From NCBI GenBank assembly GCA_020832285.1, contig JAFIFB010000105.1, forward strand, positions 10,777-74,776: a stretch of 64,000 nucleotides of DNA. Direction: 5' to 3'. The translations under genes were made by a program, and so were the position numbers. The notes below the pieces were generated by a model, which made no database searches, was not told the origin of the DNA, and was given only the letters and a program-made list of their open reading frames with translations. Below are positions 28,520-37,987 of this stretch, piece by piece. The stretch comes from Balneolaceae bacterium (lineage in GTDB: Bacteria; Bacteroidota; Rhodothermia; Balneolales; Balneolaceae). How positions within the stretch are numbered: the first letter of the stretch is position 1; every line of letters starts with the position of its first letter.

Positions 28520-29593
28520 TTGAAGAACAATTTTCCCAATTCTATCGCAGAAATCAATCTGGCTGCGGCATCCAGAAATCTATCCGCTATCAAAGAAAAA
28601 ACCGCAACCGAAAAGGTGCTCGCCGTGGTAAAATGCAACGCTTACAGCCACGGAGCGGTCCACCTTTCCAAACATATCGAAGAGGAGGCAGACTGGCTGG
28701 CTGTGGCCAATGTGGATGAAGGTATTGAACTAAGGATGGGCGGTATCACAAAACCGATTCTCGTATTTGGCGTACCAACCTACGATACAGCCGCGGTATA
28801 CCTGACTCACAATCTTACAGCAACTGTAAGCCACACCACACACTTTTCCATTTTAATGGATGGCACCTCCTATCATCTTAATTTTGATACCGGGATGGGG
28901 CGGCTCGGATTTCTTCCGGAACAAGCTGGTGAGGTCAGGCAGCTTGCCGTGGCCAACCAGCGGCTTATTTGCAGCGGAATTTATTCGCATTATGCCACAG
29001 CTGACGATCCCGGTTCAGATTTTGTGATCACTCAGAACAAGCGGTTTAAACAGATTCTGTCTCATTTTTCTGAAGTACCCCTGGTACACATGAGCAACAC
29101 CGGGGCGGCCACAAATTATGGCCAGATTGACCATTTCGGGATGATTCGCACCGGGCTGGGAATGCTGGGTTATAATTCGGGCGAGACACGCCACAACTGG
29201 CTTCAGCCCGTAATGACCTGGCGAACAAACCTTGCACAAATTCGTGCCATCAAAAAGGGGACGGCCGTGAGTTATTCTTCTACCTGGAAATGCCCTGAAG
29301 ATGGACTCATTGGCACACTTCCGGTGGGATATGGTGACGGCATTCCTCGTTCGCTCAGTAACAAACTGAAGGTACTTATCAACGGGAAGCTGTATCCGCA
29401 GGCGGGCAATGTAACGATGGATATGATGATGGTCTATCTTGGAAAAGAGAAACTGCCCACGGGCAGTGACGTAATTTTGCTGGGCAGCGAGGGATGGAAC
29501 GCTCATGACTGGGCCGAGCACGCGAAAACCAATGTGCACGAGATTCTTACCAACCTTACCACCCGTGTGGATAATCGTTATCGTTCAAGTTGA
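28520..29593 (+). CDS. alr: Alanine racemase
   Basis: VVKCNAYSHGA (PLP lysine), FDTGMGRLGF, VGYGDG. TTG start 2 nt after the previous stop. Confidence 0.88.
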   Translation: MKNNFPNSIAEINLAAASRNLSAIKEKTATEKVLAVVKCNAYSHGAVHLSKHIEEEADWLAVANVDEGIELRMGGITKPILVFGVPTYDTAAVYLTHNLTATVSHTTHFSILMDGTSYHLNFDTGMGRLGFLPEQAGEVRQLAVANQRLICSGIYSHYATADDPGSDFVITQNKRFKQILSHFSEVPLVHMSNTGAATNYGQIDHFGMIRTGLGMLGYNSGETRHNWLQPVMTWRTNLAQIRAIKKGTAVSYSSTWKCPEDGLIGTLPVGYGDGIPRSLSNKLKVLINGKLYPQAGNVTMDMMMVYLGKEKLPTGSDVILLGSEGWNAHDWAEHAKTNVHEILTNLTTRVDNRYRSS

Positions 29594-29612
29594 AAAAATT
29601 TGTATATTTTAT

Positions 29613-30152
29613 CTATGGACCGATTGTTGAAACCCTTATGTCATAAATCAGTGTACTTTCTCTATAAGCTGCGTTCGGACTTCCGGACGGCACATTTCCA
29701 TATCCTTTTTCGGGAGAAACGATTACAGATCGTTTTTCTCCCTCTTTCATTCCTAAAAGGCCTATTCTCAATCCAGGAGTGTATGCAAACTGGATGACAT
29801 CTTGTCGAAATGTATTTTGGTAATTACCAGAATTTCTCATTAGTACAGGAACTGGGTTTTCGAAGCCATTGGCAAAAGTGCTGTAAATGATTTCCCCTTC
29901 ATTAGTACGGAGTGTCAAGAATAACATTACTTCATCTCTACTAGTTAGGTAGAAGGGCCCGGTGCCTTCTTCAAGGATATAAACTTCTACTCCTTCTTCA
30001 GGAGATACAGGCTCCACACCCCCTGTGTTGTACGGTTCCGGAACTGTAGAAAAATCCGGAGGCCCGAAAAAATCATCTTCGGTTCCGCAGGAGACGAAAA
30101 CCAGAAAAAGAACGGAGATAACGACGACAGCACTGAATAGTGATTTATGCAT
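29613..30152 (-). CDS. FKBP-type peptidyl-prolyl isomerase lipoprotein
   Basis: Lipobox FVSCG. C-terminal GLLGMKEGEKRSVIVSPEKGYG. The ATG at 30152 (MHKSLF...) is preferred over the TTG at 30191. Confidence 0.7.
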   Translation of the reverse strand: MHKSLFSAVVVISVLFLVFVSCGTEDDFFGPPDFSTVPEPYNTGGVEPVSPEEGVEVYILEEGTGPFYLTSRDEVMLFLTLRTNEGEIIYSTFANGFENPVPVLMRNSGNYQNTFRQDVIQFAYTPGLRIGLLGMKEGEKRSVIVSPEKGYGNVPSGSPNAAYRESTLIYDIRVSTIGP

Positions 30153-30239
30153 GTAATGCGGTACAAATGGTTTATTCTGTTTTTGAATCAAGTCTTAAAG
30201 GTAAAGCTATTTTTGGAATGTTTAAAACAGCTCTTCTTT

Positions 30240-31112
30240 TCAGTCTTTCTTTTCCTCCCCGGTAAACGCGCGTTCCATCTCTTTCTTGCGTCGTTTCATC
30301 GCAATTCGACTCAGGAAGATTGAAAACTGATAGAGTACAATGATCGGGATAGCGATCATAATCTGTGAAACGGGATCGGGAGGGGTGAGTACAGCTGCGA
30401 GCATAAGAGCTGCAATGATAGCGTGACGCCTGAATTTTTTCATGGTATCAGGGTCGAGCAGGCCCACTTTGGAGAGAAACCAGCTTATTACCGGCAACTG
30501 GAAAATAATCCCGCAGGCCAGTGTCCAGACTGCCACAGATGTAAAATATTCATTGACGTCGAACTCGTTGCGTATCATATCGTCAATAATAAACTGCGTG
30601 AAGAACTGTACTGCAAATGGAACAAGAATGAAATAACCGAAAGAGATACCCAGCAGAAAGAACGTTGTGATGAACATAGCGTTCAGAAATGTTTGAATCT
30701 TCTCACCGCTTTCAAGGGCAGGTTCAATAAAGGCCCACATTTGGAAAATCATATAGGGCGAACCGATAATCAATCCAACTATTATGAGTGTTCCCCAATA
30801 GGTAAAAAACTGTCCGGGAAGCCTTCGGGAAATCATATCCAGATCCACTGCATTGATTGGCATGATCTGATACATGAAAAAGTCAGCTCTTGCGGGACCC
30901 AGGATGAAATCTTTTATGAAAAAATCTGAAAAGAAAAAAGCTATAATGATTCCACCGACAATTCCAGCAAGACCTTTAATAAGTCTCCACCGGAGTTCTT
31001 CGAGATGGTCCAGAAAAGACATTGCGGAAGTGGGATCCGTTTTAGGGGCTTTTGCAGCAGGGAGGATCGATCCCATGATGCTTCGTTTTGAACTATCTGT
31101 AGATTCGCTCAT
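30240..31112 (-). CDS. tatC: Twin-arginine translocase subunit TatC
   Basis: MSFLDHLEELRWRLIK and six transmembrane helices. Confidence 0.92.
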   Translation of the reverse strand: MSESTDSSKRSIMGSILPAAKAPKTDPTSAMSFLDHLEELRWRLIKGLAGIVGGIIIAFFFSDFFIKDFILGPARADFFMYQIMPINAVDLDMISRRLPGQFFTYWGTLIIVGLIIGSPYMIFQMWAFIEPALESGEKIQTFLNAMFITTFFLLGISFGYFILVPFAVQFFTQFIIDDMIRNEFDVNEYFTSVAVWTLACGIIFQLPVISWFLSKVGLLDPDTMKKFRRHAIIAALMLAAVLTPPDPVSQIMIAIPIIVLYQFSIFLSRIAMKRRKKEMERAFTGEEKKD

Positions 31113-31254
31113 TTAACAGCAAATTCCGGCAAATTTTTCCGGATGATTTTAAGATTCAAATTATATAAAAAGTTCTGTTTCATAGCGTCAATAATATTCT
31201 CATCAACGCGGTACAACAATGTAAAGTACTCATCTTTGAGAATTGTATAAACAA

Positions 31255-32553
31255 TCAGGCAGTTATAAAGTCGTATAGCGGAAATTTTTTACACATCGCC
31301 TGAACATCACCTTTTACGGATGTGATTACCGATTCATCTCCGGGATTTTGCAGAACAAGGTCGATCAATCGAACCACTTCTGAGAATTCATCTTCTTCAA
31401 AACCCCTGGTGGTTAGTGCGGGTGTACCGATACGTATTCCTGAGGTTACAAACGGGCTTTCCGTATCGAAAGGTACCATATTTTTATTTACCGTGATACC
31501 CGCTTTATCAAGAGACTCCTCAGCGATTTTGCCGGTGAGCCCTTTGTTGCGCAGGTCCACAAGAATAAGGTGATTGTCGGTGCCGTCGCTTACCAGTTTG
31601 TAGCCGCGGTTCATGAACTCTTCGGCCATTTTTTTGGCATTGGCTTTCACCTGTTTTTGATACGTTTTGAATTCTGGCTGAAGAGCTTCGCCAAACGCAA
31701 CCGCTTTAGCGGCAATTACGTGCATAAGCGGGCCACCCTGCGAACCGGGGAAAACGGCCGAATCGAGTACTTCACTTACATTTTTCACACGGCCTGATTT
31801 GTTTGCTACTACACCAAGTTTGTTTTCACCATCATTACCTACCAGGATCATGCCTCCGCGGGGTCCTCTCAGTGTTTTATGCGTGGTGGTAGAGATCACA
31901 TCAGACCAGGGCAGCGGGTCGTTCAGTTTGCCCGTGGCGATAAGCCCGGCAGTGTGAGCCATGTCCATCCAGAGAAACGCGCCCACTTCATCGGCAATCT
32001 CGCGGAATGCCTTATAGTCAAAATCGCGCGGATAAGCGCTCGCACCGATGGAAATCATTTTGGGTTTTACTTTTTTTGCTTTCTCAAGCACTTTATCCAG
32101 GTTGATGCGTCCGGTCTCTTTTTCTACACCATAAAATTCAGCATTGTAGGTGATACCGGAAAAGTTGACTGGTGAGCCGTGAGTGAGGTGTCCACCATGG
32201 GCAAGGTCAAGGCCCAGAAGCGTTTCTCCCGGTTTCATAAAAGCAAGATATACAGCTGCATTGGCAGATGCCCCCGAGTGAGGCTGAACATTCACCCAAT
32301 CGGCATTAAACAGTTTCTTTGCACGATTTCGGGCTAAATCTTCCACTTTGTCCACATGTTCACAGCCTCCGTAATACCGCTTGCCCGGATATCCTTCGGC
32401 ATATTTGTTGGTTAGAACAGAACCCATTGCCTCTATAGTAGCCCTGGAAGCAAAATTTTCGGAAGCAATCAGCTCAAAATTTAGATTTTGCCGCTCAGTT
32501 TCCTGTTCCAGATAACCGTATAGCTCGGGATCATGGGTTTTCAGTGAATCCAT
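31255..32553 (-). CDS. glyA: Serine hydroxymethyltransferase
   Basis: [16 protein letters not shown] (PLP lysine); full-length conservation pattern. Confidence 0.96.
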   Translation of the reverse strand: MDSLKTHDPELYGYLEQETERQNLNFELIASENFASRATIEAMGSVLTNKYAEGYPGKRYYGGCEHVDKVEDLARNRAKKLFNADWVNVQPHSGASANAAVYLAFMKPGETLLGLDLAHGGHLTHGSPVNFSGITYNAEFYGVEKETGRINLDKVLEKAKKVKPKMISIGASAYPRDFDYKAFREIADEVGAFLWMDMAHTAGLIATGKLNDPLPWSDVISTTTHKTLRGPRGGMILVGNDGENKLGVVANKSGRVKNVSEVLDSAVFPGSQGGPLMHVIAAKAVAFGEALQPEFKTYQKQVKANAKKMAEEFMNRGYKLVSDGTDNHLILVDLRNKGLTGKIAEESLDKAGITVNKNMVPFDTESPFVTSGIRIGTPALTTRGFEEDEFSEVVRLIDLVLQNPGDESVITSVKGDVQAMCKKFPLYDFITA

Positions 32554-32559
32554 ATAAAA

Positions 32560-33000
32560 TTATTTATCAGTTAATGAGTGAATTTTTTGAACGCGCCTTT
32601 CATGCCTGCCGCCCTCAAAACCAGCATCAAACCAGCTTTTCAGGATTAGTCTGATCTGTTCTTCATTCAGTTCGCGGCCGGGCAAACAGATAACATTTGC
32701 ATTGTTGTGTTGTCTGGAGAGCTCTGCAACGTTTGGAGAATAAACCAAAGCTGCACGCACATTGGGAAATTTATTGGCTGTCATACACATTCCCTGTCCG
32801 CTTCCGCAGATCAGAACACCAAATTCGTGTTCTCCGCCATCTACTTTTTTTGCAACTTGAACGGCAAACTCGGGATAATCGACCGAATCAGAGGAGTGTG
32901 TGCCGAAATCCACGGTCAAATAACCCAGTTCCTCGAGAATTTTTTTTGCAATCTCTTTGGATTCGTATCCGGCGTGATCGCTTGCAATCGGGATAATCAT
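32560..33000 (-). CDS. rpiB: Ribose-5-phosphate isomerase B
   Basis: IASDHAGYESK...VLICGSGQGMCMTANK. Confidence 0.92.
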   Translation of the reverse strand: MIIPIASDHAGYESKEIAKKILEELGYLTVDFGTHSSDSVDYPEFAVQVAKKVDGGEHEFGVLICGSGQGMCMTANKFPNVRAALVYSPNVAELSRQHNNANVICLPGRELNEEQIRLILKSWFDAGFEGGRHERRVQKIHSLTDK

Positions 33001-33134
33001 AATAAATTCATGTGTGTTGTCAGACTGACCAAATATCTCGAAAAAAACAGTTACGAAAAAACGAATTGATGGTTTATTTCCGGGATTGTTAAAGAATTAT
33101 TTTAAGAACGGATCAACAGAGGAAAAATAAAAAA

Positions 33135-33944
33135 TCAAGCTGTTTGCTGAAGATATGTTTTGTGATTGAGAAGAAAATTGAGAGAAATTTGGTTGAATTC
33201 GTCAGGCTTGTCAACATTTACTACATGCCCGCTGCCTTTTACCACTTCGAGATAGGAGTGGTTAAAATCTTCTACCATTTTTTTTACAGGAGGCAAAAAC
33301 ATGTGATCCTCTTCACCCATCACATAAAGAGTTGGCGGGTCCATCTCTTTCTCTTTGAAATAGCGAAGCAGCGGATTTACTTCATAGGTGAGCCGGAACC
33401 ATTTTAAAAATTCTTTGCGCGCCAAATTTTTAGCTTCACTCACAAAAAGCAGTCGAGATTCCTGATGATTTTTTTTTGGCATAATAATCCAGGCAAAGAG
33501 CTTGTAAAGCCACATAAAAGGAACAATTTTTTTAAAGGTGTGGCCCATCCAGACTAATATTCGGGAGCGAACATCCAGCCGGGTAATGGCCCCGCACATA
33601 ACAGCCGACATTACCCGCTCAGGCTCCATCTCTGCAATTATTCGTATAATAATAGTGCCAAGTGATACCCCAACAAAATGCGCCTGTTTGATATCATTTT
33701 CTTTCAATACTTCAAGTACATCCCGCCCGATGGTTTTGAAAGTGTACTTCTCCTTGTAATATTTCTTCATTGTGCTCATCTCCTTCGATTTGCCATGTCC
33801 GCGCAGATCTACCAGCAGCACATTAAACTCCTCGCTGTAGGCCTTTATCTGCCGAAACCAAATTGAAGAAGAGCCTCCGGCACCGTGAACAAATACCACC
33901 CAGTCTTTTTCAGGCGAATTTAAATAAGCTTTGCTGTAAAGCAT
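33135..33944 (-). CDS. Alpha/beta-fold hydrolase
   Basis: VVFVHGAGGSS, nucleophile elbow GVSLG, C-terminal GSGHVVN. Confidence 0.8.
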   Translation of the reverse strand: MLYSKAYLNSPEKDWVVFVHGAGGSSSIWFRQIKAYSEEFNVLLVDLRGHGKSKEMSTMKKYYKEKYTFKTIGRDVLEVLKENDIKQAHFVGVSLGTIIIRIIAEMEPERVMSAVMCGAITRLDVRSRILVWMGHTFKKIVPFMWLYKLFAWIIMPKKNHQESRLLFVSEAKNLARKEFLKWFRLTYEVNPLLRYFKEKEMDPPTLYVMGEEDHMFLPPVKKMVEDFNHSYLEVVKGSGHVVNVDKPDEFNQISLNFLLNHKTYLQQTA

Positions 33945-34382
33945 GTTGCGAATGAACGGTTGAAGGGTTGATCAGGACGCAATGGAATAACCACGGAAAA
34001 TAAGAATAAGATTCCCAATTTTCGTATTCATATTGCTAAATTAAGAAAAACGATTTAATCCGGATAATTCAAAGTAAATATGTTATACGTAATGTAACTT
34101 TCTTATTAATTAGATTATCAGAGCCAGAGTTGGAGCTTTTGAATCCCGGTCGTTCGCGACTATTTTTCTGCGACATATATCATACGCAGCTTTTACCGAA
34201 GGCATGCCTTGCCTGCGCAGAAGGCTACGGAGAGAAAGCAGGCTAAGTTTTTCGCTTGTCCTGCGAAGCTTTTCTGACCCTGGAAATTTCAGCAGGGTAT
34301 TGTTGAGCAGAAAATTTTTTTGATGATATATTTAGTTTATTCACTGATAACAAACTCACTCCGAGCCGGTTAACTTTTACCC

Positions 34383-35177
34383 ATGATGAAATTATTTGCA
34401 CTGCTGAAAATTATCAGTCTGATTATCTGCACATTTCTTGCCTACTCTATTTATGCTGTGGGACTTTTGTTTATAAAAATGAGCGGCAAGCATTATGAAC
34501 ACTGGAAAAACCAGATTATGAGGTTTTGGGGTAAAGCAAGTGCCCGGATACTATCCATGAAAGTAGAAGTGGAAGGAACTCCGCCCTCTCCACCATTTTT
34601 CCTGGTCAGTAACCATCTTAGTTATATTGATATTCCAATGTACGCATCGGTATTAGATACTACATTTATCTCAAAAGCTGAAGTTAAAGACTGGCCGGTT
34701 ATGGGGTTTATGGCCAGAACACTGGGTATAATTTTTATTGACCGAAGCAGGAAACGGGATGTAACACGTGTAAATAAAGAGATTTCAGAACAGCTTAATG
34801 AAAGGCAAGGTGTTGTGCTTTTCCCGGAGGGTATGACCTCGCCGGGCAACGGTGTTCTTAGATTCCGTCCGCCGCTTCTTGAACATCCCGCCAGAGAAGA
34901 GATTGAAGTTTGTTATTCAGCTATCCGGTATGAAACATCAACAAGAGATGTTCCTGCTCATCATTCAGTGTGCTGGTGGGGAGGGACACCGATGCATACC
35001 CACATGTTCAGGTTGGCATCGAACCGAAACATTACTGTTCAGATAAAGTTCGGGGAAGAACGAATTAATTTGAATGACAGAAAGTTATTGGCAGAGAAGT
35101 TACATGATCGGGTTAAAAGCATTTTTATTCCCGTTGTGAACAAGGAACAGAAAGAATTTGAACCTCTAAAATTTTAG
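34383..35177 (+). CDS. Lysophospholipid (1-acyl-glycerol-3-phosphate type) acyltransferase, PlsC family
   Basis: N-terminal TM segment. NHLSYIDI (HX4D) and FPEGMTS motifs. Confidence 0.85.
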   Translation: MMKLFALLKIISLIICTFLAYSIYAVGLLFIKMSGKHYEHWKNQIMRFWGKASARILSMKVEVEGTPPSPPFFLVSNHLSYIDIPMYASVLDTTFISKAEVKDWPVMGFMARTLGIIFIDRSRKRDVTRVNKEISEQLNERQGVVLFPEGMTSPGNGVLRFRPPLLEHPAREEIEVCYSAIRYETSTRDVPAHHSVCWWGGTPMHTHMFRLASNRNITVQIKFGEERINLNDRKLLAEKLHDRVKSIFIPVVNKEQKEFEPLKF

Positions 35178-35189
35178 AAGTAAACAGAG

Positions 35190-36779
35190 TTGAAAGCAGA
35201 TCTGATTCCTTTATTTAAAGGTGTTCTTGTTATTTATCTGTCATCCATGATGATTTCATGGCTTGTTCAGATTTTCTGGCCGCCGGCAGAAATAGCAAAC
35301 AAATATCAACATTCTATGGTTGTAACATCTGCGGATGGTGATATAGATGTAGACGCTCAATATTTCCATCTGCATCAGCCTGATAATGTCCAAACACTGG
35401 TAATACTTCCGGACGAATTTATGAGTGCGGAAGATTTGATACCGCTCGCGGAAAAACTGAAAGATCATCTGAATGTGATCATACCTCTGTATGCCACTCA
35501 CGATCTGTCAGGTAGCCGGATTTCCCACAGTGTGGAGAAAAGGGCGGCTTTGATATATGAACTTTTACAGAAAATTAACCCAGAAAATGCACACCTGATG
35601 GGGTACGGTTACGGCGGGCTGATTGCCTTTAACCTGCTTGTGGAACTGGATTCAAACATCCAAAAATATCAGAGTCTGCTACTTCTTTCATCGTACGGGC
35701 CGGTTGAGATGCACTTTATGGGTAACCGTTCATTTAATCGGCCTCTTTATGCATTGCTCTATCCCGTGGTGGCCGTTGGAATATATGCTGTTCCCCACAT
35801 GGGGTGGTTCCATCAGCAGCCGCTGCAATTTTCAACCATAAGGACAATCAGAAGTATGGATCAGCGCACGGTGAGGCCTCACACCGCACTGCTGGAGTTG
35901 CCAGTTCTTATTATGCACCCTTCTGAAGATCATTATATCTCGCCACTGGTTTCTGAAGAGCTTCACAGATTGATACCTCAAAGTTTTTTGGAAATGCCTT
36001 ATGCCAGTCACAGGGATATCAGCGGAAAACCGAAGCTTTGGAAAGATTTGATTGTTGATTTTACCTCAAAGGCCGCGGCAGACGAACTTCCAAGGAGAGA
36101 TGATGCCAACCAAGAACGAATTCGTCTTTCCGAAAAACCTTATGTCCCGGATGAAATGCGTTCAATATCCGGCTGGTCACTTGTATTGATACTTTCACTG
36201 TTTGCCATTTTTACCATTTTTGGAGAAGATTTTGCAAGTATCAGCGGCGGGCTCATTGTTGCAAGTGGATTATTGGGTTACTGGCATGTTGTATTGGCAT
36301 GTTTTATCGGGATTTTGATTTCCGATGTAAGTATTTACCTGATCGGACGGTGGATTGGCAAGCCTGTGCTGGACTGGGCTCCGTTTAAATGGTTTATTAA
36401 AAAAGAAGATGTGGAAAGTGCAGAAAATATGTTCAGGATGAAAGGGATGCAGATCATTTTTGCAGCCCGGTTTGTTCCCGGATCTCGGTTTCCAACCTAT
36501 TTGGTGGCCGGAATTCTCAAAACCCGGATGCACACATTTTTAATATATTTTGTGATGGCTGTTGCTCTTTGGGCACCGTTCATTGTGGGAATAGCTTCCA
36601 TAGTGGGTGCTCCCCTGCTAAACTTTATAGAGGTGTATCAGGATTATGCCCTGCTCATATTTATTGTGATTGTCCTGCTTATATACTTGCTTTACAAACT
36701 GTTTCTGCCACTAACAACACCAACGGGCAGGCGCAGACTGATTGTAAAATGGGAGAGATTTAAAGAGAGGCAGTTTTAA
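35190..36779 (+). CDS. Fusion protein: N-terminal alpha/beta-hydrolase-like domain (nucleophile Ser missing) + C-terminal DedA/VTT membrane domain
   Basis: The elbow reads HLMGYGYGGL instead of GxSxG. The C-terminal half (FGEDFASISGG...ISDVSIYLIGRWIG...RFVPGSRFPTYLVAGIL) is DedA-like. TTG start 12 nt after the plsC-like stop. Confidence 0.75.
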   Translation: MKADLIPLFKGVLVIYLSSMMISWLVQIFWPPAEIANKYQHSMVVTSADGDIDVDAQYFHLHQPDNVQTLVILPDEFMSAEDLIPLAEKLKDHLNVIIPLYATHDLSGSRISHSVEKRAALIYELLQKINPENAHLMGYGYGGLIAFNLLVELDSNIQKYQSLLLLSSYGPVEMHFMGNRSFNRPLYALLYPVVAVGIYAVPHMGWFHQQPLQFSTIRTIRSMDQRTVRPHTALLELPVLIMHPSEDHYISPLVSEELHRLIPQSFLEMPYASHRDISGKPKLWKDLIVDFTSKAAADELPRRDDANQERIRLSEKPYVPDEMRSISGWSLVLILSLFAIFTIFGEDFASISGGLIVASGLLGYWHVVLACFIGILISDVSIYLIGRWIGKPVLDWAPFKWFIKKEDVESAENMFRMKGMQIIFAARFVPGSRFPTYLVAGILKTRMHTFLIYFVMAVALWAPFIVGIASIVGAPLLNFIEVYQDYALLIFIVIVLLIYLLYKLFLPLTTPTGRRRLIVKWERFKERQF

Positions 36780-36784
36780 TGAGG

Positions 36785-36812
36785 GCAGTATTTTGAAGAA
36801 TACTGCTTGTTT
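36785..36812 (+). terminator. Rho-independent terminator after the DedA-fusion gene
   Basis: GCAGTATT-ttgaag-AATACTGC: perfect 8-bp stem followed by TTGTTT. Confidence 0.5.
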
Positions 36813-36822
36813 AGAGGCAGGT

Positions 36823-36868
36823 AAAAAAAAGCAACAGGTACTATTCAGGGTTCCTGCTGCTTGTTTTT
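36823..36868 (-). terminator. Bidirectional-type terminator after korB
   Basis: AGCAACAGG ... CCTGCTGCT stem (8 of 9 pairs), flanked by A8 on one side and TGTTTTT on the other. Confidence 0.5.
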
Positions 36869-36900
36869 CTTAATAATTTTCCGGGAATGATATTCGGGGC

Positions 36901-37974
36901 TTATTCAACAACCCAGGTTTCCGGGCCTCTCAGCAGTTCATCCAGATCCCCGACACCTTTTCGTTCCAGTACTTCTTCAACCTGTGAATTGACCCCTTCA
37001 TCGTAACAGGGGCGGTCAACAGCATAGAGAACACCAAAAGGCCTCGGCATGCGAAACTCATCAGCAGGATTGTGCTGGTCGAAAAAGCGGGAAAGCAGAT
37101 GCGCTTTAGTGCCATCTTTCTCATCGTGAATCCAAAGATCATCTTTGCTGTAGGTTCCATCCGTTAGTGAAACTACTTTTGGCTGAAGGCCATCAAGGCG
37201 AATTCCTTTATCTTTATTTTTCCCGAAAATCAACGGTTTTCCATCTTCAAGATAGATCGCTTCACGCGGCCTGGATTTTTTATCCGTAAAGAGCTCAAAG
37301 GCACCATCGTTAAAAACGATGCAGTTCTGATAAATTTCCAGCATAGAGGTTCCCTTATGCTGGTTTGTTCTGAGTAACATTTGCTGAAGATGCCGCGGAT
37401 CACGGTCCATGGCTCGTGCAATAAATGTTCCATCAGCTCCCAGGCTTAGTGCAAGCGGGTTGAATGGGTGGTCAATAGAACCATAGGGGGTTGATTTTGA
37501 AACCGAGCCTTCTGGTGCAGTCGGGGAATACTGTCCTTTTGTGAGTCCGTAAATCTGGTTGTTAAACAGCAGCAGGTTTACATTCACATTTCGCCTGAGA
37601 AGCTGTACAAAATGGTTGGCGCCGATAGAGAGAGAATCTCCGTCACCGGTAATTATCCAGACACTCAGTTCGGGCCGGCTCACTTTAAGTCCCGTTGCAA
37701 TAGCTGGTGCTCTGCCATGGATGGAGTGCATGCCGAAAGTGTCCATATAATAAGGGAAACGTGCAGCACAGCCTATACCGGAAATAAAAACAATATCTTT
37801 TTTATCGACTCCGATGTCGGGCATCGTGTTTTGCACCTGCTTCAGGATGGTGTAATCACCGCACCCGGGACACCAGCGTACATCCTGGTCGGATGAAAAA
37901 TCTTTACCTGTGTATTTAACCGGTTCATCGTTTCCGTTTTTGGTGTGCAGATCGATTAGTGTTTCGAGAGACAT
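36901..37974 (-). CDS. korB: 2-oxoglutarate/2-oxoacid:ferredoxin oxidoreductase subunit beta
   Basis: WCPGCGDYTIL, TPP motif ITGDGDSLSIGANH. Confidence 0.9.
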   Translation of the reverse strand: MSLETLIDLHTKNGNDEPVKYTGKDFSSDQDVRWCPGCGDYTILKQVQNTMPDIGVDKKDIVFISGIGCAARFPYYMDTFGMHSIHGRAPAIATGLKVSRPELSVWIITGDGDSLSIGANHFVQLLRRNVNVNLLLFNNQIYGLTKGQYSPTAPEGSVSKSTPYGSIDHPFNPLALSLGADGTFIARAMDRDPRHLQQMLLRTNQHKGTSMLEIYQNCIVFNDGAFELFTDKKSRPREAIYLEDGKPLIFGKNKDKGIRLDGLQPKVVSLTDGTYSKDDLWIHDEKDGTKAHLLSRFFDQHNPADEFRMPRPFGVLYAVDRPCYDEGVNSQVEEVLERKGVGDLDELLRGPETWVVE

Positions 37975-37987
37975 CGTTCAGGTTTCT

